DNA of 63,599 bases, filler included, from Lenisia limosa (Eukaryota > Protista > Breviatea): NCBI GenBank assembly GCA_001655205.1. It is 11 parts of 11 records of this genome, joined end to end, with 100 filler letters (N's around TTAATTAATTAA, not from the genome) between each part and the next. Parts side by side here need not be neighbours in the genome. Positions count along the whole stretch, not along the records: positions 40,396 to 49,664 come from LPNZ01008938.1; positions 49,765 to 57,904 come from LPNZ01002452.1; positions 58,005 to 62,219 come from LPNZ01007767.1; 8 more parts are not named here. One strand, written 5' to 3'. Each line of letters starts with the position of its first letter. Within the stretch, counting starts at the first letter, position 1. Below, in pieces: positions 45,086-58,099 of the stretch. The translations under genes were made by a program, and so were the position numbers. The notes below the pieces were generated by a model. It did not search any database and had not been told where the DNA came from. It worked only from the letters and a program-made list of their open reading frames with translations.

Positions 45086-47778
45086 GAGGACCCACATATA
45101 TGAAATATTCTGTATGCATATCTTATATGTTTGTTTATATTTATTGATATTAATAATAAAACACAAAAATAGATTACAGTTCGAATAGCTATTAGTAAAC
45201 AATAATAATAATATTCTGATTGATAAAAATGATACATGAATTACCATACCACACCCCTTCAAACCACCTCCATAACTTCAGACTCTCACTGGTACTTCGG
45301 CTTGACATATTCCCTAGTTTATGTTAACTCTTTGACATAAGATGATATTGAAATCTTGAGTACTACATACTATAATATATGATATGCATATGGATATGGT
45401 ATAAATCAACCGCCTGATCTCTATGATCCAAGTTTCAATTGAGATTTTACTGCAAGAAATGTTGTTAATTCTATCAAAAGACGTTTGTATTAGTTCATTC
45501 TTTCCTCTAAATGTGTGAAATGTTGTTTTCGTTATATTATACTGTATGAGTATCTAAATTTATAGCATAAGTACTAGTTAAGATCACATAAATAATTTAT
45601 TTTCAATTGTTCACTTTGAAGGCAGATAAGCTTGGGGTTCTACCATTTGACGATGTGTTACAGTACTCCATCAGGTTGAAGTCGTATCATCGTACACTTG
45701 GACCATCAGTAGGCATTTGAGAGAAGTCTACAAATAGAACAGAATAAATAATTATTAAAGTTATCTTATCCTACTAAATGCATAGCAGCTAACGTTTTAG
45801 GATTATGATAAAGTGTTCTTCAATTGCCACCTGAGAACCAATTAAGTCATTGGATTTTTAAGCAGTATCAAAAGACGGCATTTGTACTTCAAATTTGCCA
45901 GGGACGATTCTAACTACTGAAAATAACTGTGCGATAATTGCATTTATTTGCTTTTCAAATGGACATGATGAACTTTTCCGTCTAATATCTTCAATCACAA
46001 CGAACTCTAAAAATAGACAATCCTGGCTAACTTATTGCAATATGTTTAAGTTTGGAGAAATTGATTACAAATGGAGAATGTTCATGAATTTGATATTAAT
46101 CATCTCAATGACTTTAGCGACTAGATGTTAATTGAAATGAACATTGTTGGAATCAATTTGAACGTACCTTGTTTTCCTAATAAGATTAAAGGGGAAAAGC
46201 CTCTTTATATTGCAGCAATAATGGGCAAAGTGAAGTTAGTAAAGAAATTACTTCGTATGGAGCAATTTATTTATTTTGTATCGCAATGTAAATTTTTTTG
46301 AAAAATAGTTCTATAATAATTAATTAAAAATTCCAATGAGGCCGTTTCACATAAATGGAAACCGAATTCTGCAATTTTTTGAACACAATTATGATGAAAA
46401 ATTATCAAATTTCATAATATTTATGGTTATGTTGACAATCATATTTACATCATTTTTTCGTAATAATTCTATATTAGATGAACCCCAATTTCCAAGACGT
46501 TACGTTTATTCAAATTAATGTCGTTAATAGTTCTTAAAAATCACATTTTAGTTTTTATGACGGGTAACAAAGAAACTTGTGACTTCTTTAGGGACTTCCT
46601 GCCATTTATTATGCGCACCATCACGGCCATAGCGAGATTGTTGATTTGATGTTTGAGACTCGTTTGTTATGAAGACAAATGTGAGGGGGACACTACAATT
46701 GCGCGCATTGACTTGAAATTCTAATGGATTCCATTATTTTCTTGGGATTATACATGTAAGACAAATGTGACAAGGGGAGCTTTTATTGAAATAGTCACAC
46801 CAGCTCATCGACTTGGAGTTTCCGTTGGTTATTTGAAAATTCCATTTGCCCTAGGATATGACATTCGGTCTATTTGCCCTAAGATTTGCCAAAGGTATAA
46901 CCAACACGGTCAGAAATACCACCAGCTATCCGTTCTTAACTGTTCTTGTGCTATCTTATTTTGTCATTTATAGATTACTATATTCACAGTTTACTGTCTA
47001 CTAAAATATCAGATTTTGAGATCACATTATGATTTCATTCATATTCTACTAACATTTTCAGATTGCTTACCTGGAATTTGCATCTTTGGTCTTAAAATTG
47101 TTTAATTGTTTAACCTTTAAATGCAAATTTTCCGTTCGTCTTTGAGGTGTAAATGTCAGTTAACTAGTGTCTAGTGGGATGATTATATGATCGATTTTCG
47201 AGTCGAAAAGATGAACGACAAAAACATGAGGGTTCATCCCGAGTCCGAGTCTATTGAGACTTACTGGTCAATTATCATCAGAGTGGATATGAGGTATTAG
47301 ACTGACTCCCTCTTCATATTCCTCGACTCTTTTGGATTATTTTCAAACGAAAGCCCCGTAGGGCATCAAATGGTCTTCTTTTCAAAGCATTAGGCAGATA
47401 ATTCCAACTAAAACTGAATAATTAACCATGACATTGCTATATTTAATTTGACCGACAAGATCTAAGAGGATTGTGATGTAAAACTTCAAAATCCAATCTT
47501 AGTTCACTATTATCGGCCTTTGCACTAATTGTAATTATTTAAATAGCACTTTTACTGTCTTTGTGTAAGATTCCACCTCGCTGCGTATGCGACACATCTT
47601 CGTTTTAAGATAAAGGTGTAAATACCACATGTACTGTATTGGAGCTTCTGAATTGTTCTGATGGATGAGAGCTAATATAGTTTATAAAATATTTAAATAT
47701 TGTATGTTTTGAATTGTAATGAGGTAAAGAGCCCTTAGTTAGTGACTGGGTTGGCGGTTTGACTAGGATATTCACGCT

Positions 47779-49483
47779 ATGCTCTCTCCAATGGGTATGC
47801 AAGTACATTATTGTTGCTTCTTTGCCCCTCTCTTCTCTACCTACTTAAACACGCTCCCACTCCTTTCCCGCCCAAAAATATCAGATCCTCCCTTTATCAT
47901 TTTATCCCCCCCCCCCNNNNNNNNNNNNNNNNNNNNNNNNNNNNNNNNNNNNNNNNNNNNNNNNNNNNNNNNNNNNNNNNNNNNNNNNNNNNNNNNNNNN
48001 NNNNNNNNTCAGCCAAGAAGTCTACCAGCAAGATTGTTCCTCTTATTGGTTAGCGACAGATCCTTTTTAGACACTTCAGCTGTTAATGATGTTTTGAAGC
48101 AGTGTTGTACCTGATAATATATGAAATAGTGCTCTACTATAATCCAATATCTCTTATAAGAGTGATGTGTAAATGGCTTCAACCTCATGATTCTACTTTG
48201 TTTTATTTGTCATATCTATGATATGTTGTGAGTTTGGATTTGGTCCGGTTGTCCGAATGGTATGATCCGAAGTTTCCACAAGGTCCTCTCTCTCTCTTGC
48301 GGGTTTGCATTTCTATTTATTGTATCCAGACATCTTACTTTTGTGGTCTCGTGAATATAGCATGTTTTTTTCTTAATCTGTAGTGCATTGATGATTGTCA
48401 ATATAATAATAATAATAATTGTTAAAGCAGTTGACACATCTACTCTGTACTTGTTTTTTGCTGTGTTTTTTTTGCTTTGAATGTTTCAAGCGTCACAACG
48501 ATGAGCAAAATAGTTGATTTTCCGTGGTTTTGTTATTAATTCTGATCCCCCTAAGGTTGGATTGTGGCTGCAGTTCTCCTCATTGTGCTAATCATCACCA
48601 TGATCATTCACGACAACCACCATGACGACTGTGAAGACACTGAATTCATTGGCCGCGTGAGGAGGCTTGAAAGAGAGAAAGAGAGAGAGAGAGTCTACAG
48701 TAAAGCCTCACATTTGGTTCCAAAAAGACTGAATTCTCGATAATTCCTTGATCAATATCGATATTTTACAAGTCCTTTGGAAACAAAGGTGAAACTCTAC
48801 ATGTAGTATCATTGATNNNNNNNNNNNNNNNNNNNNNNNNNNNNNNNNNNNNNNNNNNNNNNNNNNNNNNNNNNNNNNNNNNNNNNNNNNNNNNNNNNNN
48901 NNNNNNNNNNNNNNNNNNNNNNNNNNNNNNNNNNNNNNNNNNNNNNNNNNNNNNACTCCTTTAAAACTCAGATTTACTTTAAAGGTTGAGCAACGTGCGT
49001 TGGCATTCCAGGATCATGCTGCTGTAGTAGTCGGAAACCAGCACCCCGATGTGAACCCCTGTGATGATTTTTACGAGTTGGTAGAAGGACTCACCCGCTC
49101 ACCTTTACTCTGTGAAATTATTGAGGATTTATTTTCAACCTTTGACGTGAGACATATACGTGGGTTGGTGGATTTTCCAAAGCCTTTATTGAAAGGATCT
49201 TTCAAAAAATACTGAAAATTTCTAAAGTACAAGAGGGTAAAATACGTATTGTTTTGATGACAGTAATTACTGAAATTAATTAACATTTTGAAGTTCAATT
49301 CACATTTATACTTTCAGGCAAGTCAAAAGTAATTTTCAAAAATGCCATGCGTTGATGTTCTTTTTTTCTACTGTGGTATTAATCTATTATATGTATATTT
49401 TATTTTTAAGGTACTCCTGCGGTGGTTACATGGACACGCACGCAATCTCTGCTCAGAAAGATCGACAAATGAATTTACTCATG
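47779..49483 (+). CDS. 5' part of an M13 (neprilysin/ECE-like) type II membrane metallopeptidase
   Basis: Short basic cytosolic tail plus TM segment (SAKKSTSKIVPLIGWIVAAVLLIVLIITMII), then HPDVNPCDDFYE/YSCGGYMDTHAI, the M13 'PC.DFY.YACG.W' N-terminal signature joined in phase across an intron. The remainder, including HEXXH, is not in the visible sequence. Confidence 0.75.
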
Positions 49484-49832
49484 GTCTGATCAATACTATG
49501 TAATTTGAAACTTTTGGAGCTTGTTTCTTTACTATCTTACTTATTCTAGTTTCAATGGAGACTTTAATTTCCCTTCCATCTTTTTACTTTTGCTACTTGT
49601 TATAGAACAACCCTCATATGTTTCTTGCCAATAGGGTTTATTAAGGGCTTTTTTCGTCATAATTNNNNNNNNNNNNNNNNNNNNNNNNNNNNNNNNNNNN
49701 NNNNNNNNTTAATTAATTAANNNNNNNNNNNNNNNNNNNNNNNNNNNNNNNNNNNNNNNNNNNNTATCTGGAGTTGATTGTAGGCTTTTTGTTTTTCATA
49801 AATTTTCCAATTTTATCCCCCCGCCCCTTCAG

Positions 49833-51433
49833 CCCGGGATATGCAGGAACGCCAGCCGATATGACCTGTCAGTCAGATGGGCTTTGGTCCGCTGCTGTCG
49901 GCTGTTTTGACGCCGACGCCCTCGTGTCGTCAAGTTCCTGTGGGGGTGGGGAGTACTGTAAGATAGATTGTACAATGGGGAGAGAGTATTGGAAGTGGGA
50001 AAATAATGTGAGGAAGAACATTTGAAAACTCCTTCCTGGGGTGTGGGGGTATTATATTCAAGATTTGTTTTTTGTTGTTGTTTTTTTTTCTTTGATTTTT
50101 TTTTGAGGGGGGCGGTGCCTTGGGGTGTGGGGGAAATGTCTGAGTATACGATATCATATACTGTATATGCATTGGTGGATGGAGGCTGTGTTTGTAGTGG
50201 CAAACACAGCTCTGCTATTGGTAACCGTAGGGTGGGCAAGGCGAAGAACCATATTATTTAGTAGATTAGATTATTACTTTTTTTGTGGGGAGGGAGGGGA
50301 CTGAAGATTTAATATCATAATCCACTCTTCCCTCCCTAATACCGCAGTAAGCAGCGAAGAAGACGTTCTAGAAGATTCTTCAAGTAACACTCTTCCTATA
50401 ATCCTTGTCATTGGAGCGGCTCTTGCAATTATGGCTGGTTCGCAGGGAGGTGTCATTCTCAGTTTATTGCGAAGTAATATTGTATTCAAGTGGATCCAAT
50501 AAAATATTCATGCAAAAAGCGATGCGGTTTACAATGAGTCTCACAATTGTCCGACTACAGAAGTGGTTTTCCTCCCGTTATTTTTTTTTTTTTTTGGTTT
50601 TTTTGATAGATTTTTTTTTTTTTTCAATCAAAGGAAAGGATTAACTTTATACCCCTCTTTCCCCACATCCAATCTATTAACCATGTTGGAGCAGTAGCCT
50701 TCCACACCCGTTTTTTGTTTTTGTTTTCTTTGGTTTGTAGTTACTTTTTCATTTAATTGCCCTCCCCGCGCCCCGTTCCCAACTGGCAATTATATATTGT
50801 TTGTTTGTACATATCTGATATGTTATTGACTATATCGGAATATTCAGTATTATTTACAATGTAGGAGTGGTATTGATGGTCAAAAAACCGAAGGCCAAAA
50901 CGGAGTATACTGTTGATGATGTGGTAGGTTGTCCCTCCTCACCTCTCCATTGCACTTAACCTAATGGGATAAGGACCAGCAAGGTCCAGAAAAACACATT
51001 TTAGTCCTTGTCTTTGAGAGCAATGTGACAAGCTTGACTAGTTTTGCTCACCTTTCGGTTCTTTCTCTATAATATGATGAGGGTAATCCCTCTGAATAAC
51101 TCCAATCAGAGCTTCACTTCGTTTCGAAAAATACTCCCTTTCAATGTCGAAAATTATCGATGCTTCTTTCCAACAGTATATAATTCCCTTTAAAATAGAA
51201 CTGATTTTGTCTGCTATTATACAAGGTTTTTATTTCATCACCTTTTCTAACATTTCCTCTACTCAAGCGGTAACTTATTTCCCCAGGGCTACACGGAGTT
51301 TGATGACTTGAGCACCCAAATGGATCTATCAAATGAGGGAAACTTTGACACGACGTCACAGTCCGCTTTTACTACCATTGCACCCCCGAAACAAAAGGGA
51401 CAGAAAGTGGGCCTGTGGAAGATCATTCTTTGA
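49833..51433 (+). CDS. 3' part of a single-pass membrane protein with a sushi/CCP-like domain
   Basis: PGYAGTPADMTCQSDGLWSAAVGC (sushi C-terminal GY...TC..DG.WS...C), then TLPIILVIGAALAIMAG...VVLMVKKPKAK (TM plus basic stop-transfer) and a cytosolic tail ending KVGLWKIIL*. Confidence 0.55.
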
Positions 51434-51619
51434 AAGACGTTTTACAAAATTCTATGTTATTTAATAATCTATATTTAATTCGTCCTGGTATTTTGAAAGT
51501 ATTGAAACATATTGAAGTCTATTTATTTGAAATGGTTTGCTTTGTCGCCATTTAATAATCTTAAAAACTAAAGAACAAAAGGTGCATCAGTCGAGATCAA
51601 TATGAATCAATCGTTTCTA

Positions 51620-54600
51620 TTTTTTTTGGTATTCACGATTTTAGAACCTTTCTCCATATTCTTCTCCCGCTCTAACTCCAAAACGGCCATCCCGAGAGCC
51701 TCCTCTTCTCCCGGTATGTCTTAATAATAATATCATATGATAATATTTATTTTGGAGGAATCCAAAAACGTCACGATTCTTTGACAGGTTGAAAGTTCCG
51801 TTAAGTTCGCCAGTTTTGTTTTGATACCCCCCCCCCTCCCAATCCGTATGGCTAGTTTGTGACAAAATGTAGAACAGAAAACCTCCTCAAAAGCCACTTC
51901 CCACAAGAAGATAACGATATATTTGATTCGATACAGGTCTTTGTTTTGTTTTTCATGCAGCTGTTCGTTCAAAACTCAAACCACTTTTGAAGAAAAATAT
52001 GGAGAATTGCCCCCCCCCCACTAGTTTGGAGAGAATATCACTTTAATCAACCCCATTCAAGAGTTTCTAACGACGAACGATGCGATAAATTAAGAGTACA
52101 CACAAATGCACAAAATAAAAATAATAATGTATTTGATATTCTTTAGTTCTCTCCACAATAAGGGTGTCTGTCTTCTCACGCGATAACCCCCAGTTTTACT
52201 CATTCATTCGGTTCTCTTGATTACATATAAGAATGATATTTTAATTCTTGCTCTCAAAAAATCATATCATACAACATTTTGGGTGGGGGGTTAAATATTG
52301 ACATCAATACAGACATTACTCCGCCATGACACTGGAGAAAGTGAAGGTGTTGTGGCTAGCAACTTCGTCAATCTATATTTGTCAAAAAGCACCAAAATCA
52401 TCAAAAAAAACATATTCTTTGATTTTGGTTTCAATTTGTATTAAGATACAGTTGAGGATACTCTGAAATATCTCATTTTTATTCACACATACACTCAAAA
52501 CATTGAGTGATGTATTTATGCAGTTAAATGATAGGCCACGATGATTGATTTATAACATTCAACAATATAATAATCAACAAACTATTAGAAATTTCCCCGG
52601 ATTTTAACCCCCGAGTCCCCTCTTACAACGCTGCCAAGAGGAAGTCTGTGTACAAGTTTAACACCTAGAATAGTGAGTTGACAGAACTGATGAGTCAGTT
52701 CAGAACTGGATGAGTCATCATGGCTTATCCTTGTATTCCTTTCAAAATCGTTCAAAAGATGGCTTCCTTTTTTGAGGAGATTGGAAGAACGGTTTCGAAA
52801 CTTATCAAGAAAGATTACATAAGGAATATTTCTAGTTGTCCCAAGGAAAGCTATTACTTAACTTTGAACAAGAGCATAAAGCAACTAATAATAAGTGTTT
52901 AATTGTATTGGATAATCTTCCAGATATTTGAATTCCTTTAGCCTGCCTTCTGGCTGGAGACTACGACAATAGAGCAAAAATAGTGGTGTTTGTTTTGTAT
53001 TGCTGAGCTGCTTCATTTTCTTTGAAACAATCTTTGCAGTTGAATATACACAAAAGGCGAATAATAATAATAAAAAAAACACAAAAAAAAAAAATAACAC
53101 AAAATCAAATTTGCTAAATTGAATTATTTTTTAAGCGTTGATGTACAAATACAAACTCCAAAAAACGTAACCTGAACTAAAATAGAACATTAACCCTCCC
53201 TTACCCCTATTTAAGCATTCCAAGAGTATTACACAGAGACGACCGTGGTAAGTCTTGCTCGGTTTCCTTTATGATATTGTATACCAAGGATAAGTGATCA
53301 CGGCCACTGTATGTTATCTCAAAGATACTCAAAACATATCATATGGTACAGGTCTTGTCAAAAGTAAAGGCCCTTCATCCAGTACCTTGTGTGTTTTCCG
53401 AACAAGCACTGGAGGCAGTAGTCTCAGAAATCAAACTCACGAGGGTATGGTCTGTTGGAATGAGCAAAGAAAGTGACATCTTCAAATGTAAAAAAGTTTT
53501 GAAATAGTATGTCGCTGCAGTACTAGTAGAATCAGGGTTGGTTGCTGCAGACGATTCCCANNNNNNNNNNNNNNNNNNNNNNNNNNNNNNNNNNNNNNNN
53601 NNNNNNNNNNNNNNNNNNNNNNNNNNNNNNNNNNNNNNNNNNNNNNNNNNNNNNNNNNNNNNNNNNNNNNNNNNNNNNNNNNNNNNNNNNNNNNNNNNNN
53701 NNNNNNNNNTATATCGATAATTTTCAAGGATTTATCGAAAACCAGTCTTTTTTCGAATCGAAATGAAGGACTACCGGAAGTCTCTTAACCCAGCCAACCC
53801 GAATATGCCATTACAGACTGCCGGGACCTAACGACATTTTTAATGGGTTCTCCTCCAGTTACCTAAAGCTGTTAAAAAAAAAGACATACTTTCAAAACAT
53901 GACACGGTCAAGAATACACAGAATTGTAACCGCGCTGACTTAAGTGATTTATTTTTCGCGTCAAAAAGTAGTTGTTGATATCCGAGGAACAATAAGTTAG
54001 CAGTAGAGAGAAGCCAAACAAAGGAAGAATCACAATAAGTCAGCAGTAGTGAGAAGCCAAACACACTTGCTTTTAAGCTAAACTCGTTTATAAATATGCG
54101 GTAAACTATTGCTAACAGAGGGGAAAAGGGGAAATGGGAATGATAGAAGGGTCTGCAGTTTAACTTTTGAAATATAAACTAGATATGATATACTAAGTAC
54201 AAATCGCAAAGTACTAAAAAGCCAGTAATTATTTCCATCACAGCTATGATTCGTACTGAACTTCATATTACCAACAGTTTTTATTTCAGTGGTGATCTCG
54301 ATTGGAGTGGCCGTGGGTGAAGCTTCACCCGTCAATTCAGCTGAGCCCAAAACAAAGACCCTTCCATTAGCTGAATTAGGTGAAAACACGTGGTCCATTT
54401 AGAATATTTTGATTATAGGCAGGGCTTCCCTGCGGTCCTAAAAAATACTGAATTTTTCGATAAATCCTCGATAAATATCGATATTTAAACCCCAAAAAAA
54501 GGCTGCGTTCATACTTGGTTATTCTAACAATGTCAAAATGTATACGCCCCTTATGGGTCAGAAAAAGACACGTCTCTTACCCCCCACTTCCAAGACCGAT

Positions 54601-57600
54601 AGTTCCTCTGAAGCCGAGAGCCACGGCTGTGACAGGTGTTGGGAAGGCAATCTGCAATTATGAAACAAATAATAATAAAAAAGCTTGCTAGTGTTAAAAA
54701 AAAATAGAAATATATAATTACATATTAAATAGTACAATCACGAACAACACACATAAATCGCCCCAAGGAATGCCTATTTTTCAATAACCAATCCGCCGAA
54801 CTGTCCCATGAAACCCTGCTGTAATGCTCTTCCTGTTAATATTTCCAATGTCTCTATTGCTATAATCCTGTAAATTCGGGCTTCACTTTGGTTCAAAAAA
54901 AAAGACTGAATTTCTCGATAGATCCTCAAAAACTATCGATATTTTACCGGTCTTTTTCGAACCGAAGTGAAGCCCCTGCTGTTAATTTTCCCCATAAAAA
55001 GAAAAACACAGAAAACCATGAAAAGATGTCTTCCTATTGAGCCCAAGACAACAACAAGCATACTTTGGTCCAGTCAAGAGCCGATCCAATGGCTCCAAGG
55101 TTACCATAATCCGAATATCCCCGAGCCCAAGCGTCACCAGTATCTGGGGTTGTGATAAAAAAAATATATTACAAGTCTCCCATAATAAATTGAACAGTTT
55201 GAACTAGTAGAATTGAGGTCACTTAGCCCCCCCCCCNNNNNNNNNNNNNNNNNNNNNNNNNNNNNNNNNNNNNNNNNNNNNNNNNNNNNNATAGTCTTAA
55301 TATGTTGAGAGCTATAAATTTAACCAAAAGATGACAAACATATCAGATCTTATATTAAGACTATAATATTATAGTTACTATCAAGTAGTGTTTAAACTCA
55401 AACAACATTGGGTGTAGAGGAGCGTGGGCGCAAAAGTATGGTAATTTGTTTGTGGTATCCCTATGTATTTATTTGTTTACTTCGACTTCTATTGTCTCTC
55501 GTGTTTATTTTCCTTTTCAAAAAAAGCGTATCAAACCACTTCCCCCCATACCCGCGATATAACCCCAGGAGTGGAATCCAGACAAGTAAGTTGTTGCGTT
55601 GTGCGCAATGGGCAGGGTGACAGGACCTAAGAGGGGATTATTGGGTGAAATTATCAATTATTATTCCTGTGCGTTGTTTGTGTCAACATACAGCCTAAGG
55701 CTTATCGTGGTCCTAATGGTACTTTTTAAGGGAAGGGAGAGAGGGATGGCGGATGTCTGAGGGGAGGGAGTTCAAACATCCAGCCAAAAGTTGGGCTTCC
55801 CTTTGGTTAAAAAAAAGATTGAATTTCTCGATAAATCTTCGAAAACTATCGATATTTTACCGGTATTTTTCGAACCGAAGTGAATCGCAAACCAGAAGTA
55901 CTTGTGAACCTCATCTATCCCCTCCGCATTATCCCATTTGAAATGAACTTTGGGGGTACGAGGTTACACCTACCAATAGCTCCTGAGGCTGGGCTGCTTA
56001 GTTGGGCATAGGAATTGTATCCGCTTGCCACATGAACCCCGTCGGCTGCGAGGGTGAGAATGGAATGGTAGAGGGGAGGAGGACGTTGGATGTATGATAG
56101 AGAGAGCGAGCGGGTGATAATTTAAGAGGGTAGCGGGGTGGGGAACCTAAACAAAAACTATCCAAAATGAACACTGTTAATGATAAACGGGGATGTATGA
56201 TAGATGGGAGGGGGGTGGCGGATTTGTAATAAAAGCTCATAAAAAAAACTATTAGAGAAATAACGAGTGCAACCTCTCTTTTAGCCTACTGATAATTATG
56301 GCTGCAGCCTCAGCACACGCCATTTTAGTGTTGCCGTTAAGGGGCGGGTCAAAGACGTACGGAGACTGGAACGGTCAAATGTAGCATATGTATAGCAATG
56401 AGAGATAAAAAATAAGATGATATCTAACCGAAGCCGTCCACACCATAACGCTGTAGCATATAACAACTGCTATTTCTCATTGCTACATATATACATGTAC
56501 ATATCATATGATATGTACTACTACACATAAATCATAATACGTGTATGTATGATAGCACATATTGTGATAGCATCACATGTATGTACATGTAGATAGATGA
56601 GAAAAAAGAAACACGGTTTTATCTGACCGAATCCATTCATATCACTGCGCTATAAGATATATTGGATTATAGTATAATATTAACTCACCCAATGGTACAA
56701 CTCAGACGTGGAGTTGATATAAAATAATCACTTGATGTAGATATAATGACATGATGAACTTAGAACATCATATTATATTTATTTTGATTGACAATAGTTT
56801 TTCTGCAGCTTAGCCTTGCTTAGATTGCTCAAGTTGCCCTTTCTTGGAAATATGTGAATATTATGCCGTTACCCCAAATTCATTTCAAAATACACCGTCT
56901 GTTTGTACTGCTCTCAAAAAATGGCTCACTTTTGTCGGAGTTGTCACGTCTCCACCTGCGGCAGCTTGGAAGAGCTGGTTGTAGGTGTTCATACCAAACC
57001 CGTAGAGTTCATAAGAGCCTAGGGTGTGAAAGAAATTCATACACTATTCCGTATCCTTGGTGTTTTCTTTTGTTATCAAGAAAACTAAAGATGTTTGTCA
57101 CAGTGGTAGGGGTGTGATGAACAGAAAAGAACCGGCATGGTTACAAAAGAAAGACGTATTGTAGGTTAACAGTCGACCCACTCCCCATAATATTGGCCTA
57201 AGGAAGTTCAACATGCACATTTGGGGCTTAGTGCAGTTAATATTTTATGTTTTTTTTTGGAAAATATTATGATATTTTTCCAAATACATCAACACAACGT
57301 GTTTGGTATATTGAAAACAGCAAAGCGTACTTGTGAGAACGAGAGTGGCCCGGTTTAGCAAAACAAAGTCGTGGATAGACTCGGTCTAAAATAATTAGGG
57401 AAAACATAAGCAAATATTTTTTAAAAATGTAAGTTGTTATACTCTACAAAATAAATTCGGTTGTAAAGGTTACTCTTACGCAATTCATTATGAAAAGTGT
57501 AACCCTTTTTGACATTTAAATTGTTTTTAATAAGCCCATCTAATTAAAAATACCCCCCAACACCACCACCAATATCACTGTTCAAACACACAATCAAGAG

Positions 57601-57810
57601 CCCCCACACACTGGATATCACACCCCCAACCTTACCATAAAATGAAATATCAAGAAAAATATGATATATCATATATTATATCTAGATATATATGCATATA
57701 CTCCCTCCCTACCGCCAGCGCAGTACCCTCCATATTGAACAGACCAGGGCCCTTGGTTAGATCGCCAAGTTCACCGTTTTCATTGCGGCCAAAAACGAAG
57801 AGACGTCTCG
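51620..57810 (-). CDS. RCC1/BLIP-II repeat protein
   Basis: Repeat cores in successive exons: FGRNENGELG (~57780), LYGFGMNTYNQL (~56990), DGVHVASGYNSYAQL (~56050), TGDAWARGYSDYGNLG (~55120), FPTPVTAVALG (~54640), NGRVFVLGS (~54370). Exons below ~54240 are present but poorly resolved, so the 3' boundary is uncertain. Confidence 0.7.
53233..53309. mobile_element. Degenerate MITE family B copy
   Basis: GACCGTGGTAAGTCTTGCTCGGTTTCC...ATCACGGCCACTG followed by TA. Confidence 0.55.
54877..54977. mobile_element. MITE family A copy (near consensus)
   Basis: GGGCTTCACTTTGGTTCAAAAAAAAAGACTGAATTTCTCGATAGATCCTCAAAAACTATCGATATTTTACCGGTCTTTTTCGAACCGAAGTGAAGCCC. Further copies or remnants at ~484, 8530, 10118, 40851, 48710, 51110, 53710, 54420 and 55793. 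Confidence 0.85.
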
Positions 57811-58099
57811 ACGCTGAGGGGAGAGGGTATAATTGGAAAATTTATAGGAAAAAAAACAAAAAAAAAACACAAAGCCCAGACCAGTCGCTTCACCGCACCC
57901 CATCNNNNNNNNNNNNNNNNNNNNNNNNNNNNNNNNNNNNNNNNNNNNTTAATTAATTAANNNNNNNNNNNNNNNNNNNNNNNNNNNNNNNNNNNNNNNN
58001 NNNNTATCCGGCAGTGTAGTATGTGGCATTGTCTGTAACGGGTGAGAGGTTCGCAGGATAACATTGGCAAAAGAGAAAAGAAAGAGAAAAAAAAAACAA

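Larger units (their letters stand above)
42040..46661 (+). pseudogene. Decayed ankyrin-repeat gene in an AT-rich, gap-free block
   Basis: Ankyrin-like pieces: VAIANGHFHLAHLFLN (43789), DKLGVLPFDDV (~45625), FSNGHDELFRLI (~45950), GEKPLYIAAIMGKVKLVKKLL (46191), GLPAIYYAHHHGHSEIVDLM (46592). Intervening frames carry in-frame stops or frameshifts and MITE insertions. The 5' boundary is uncertain. Confidence 0.55.
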
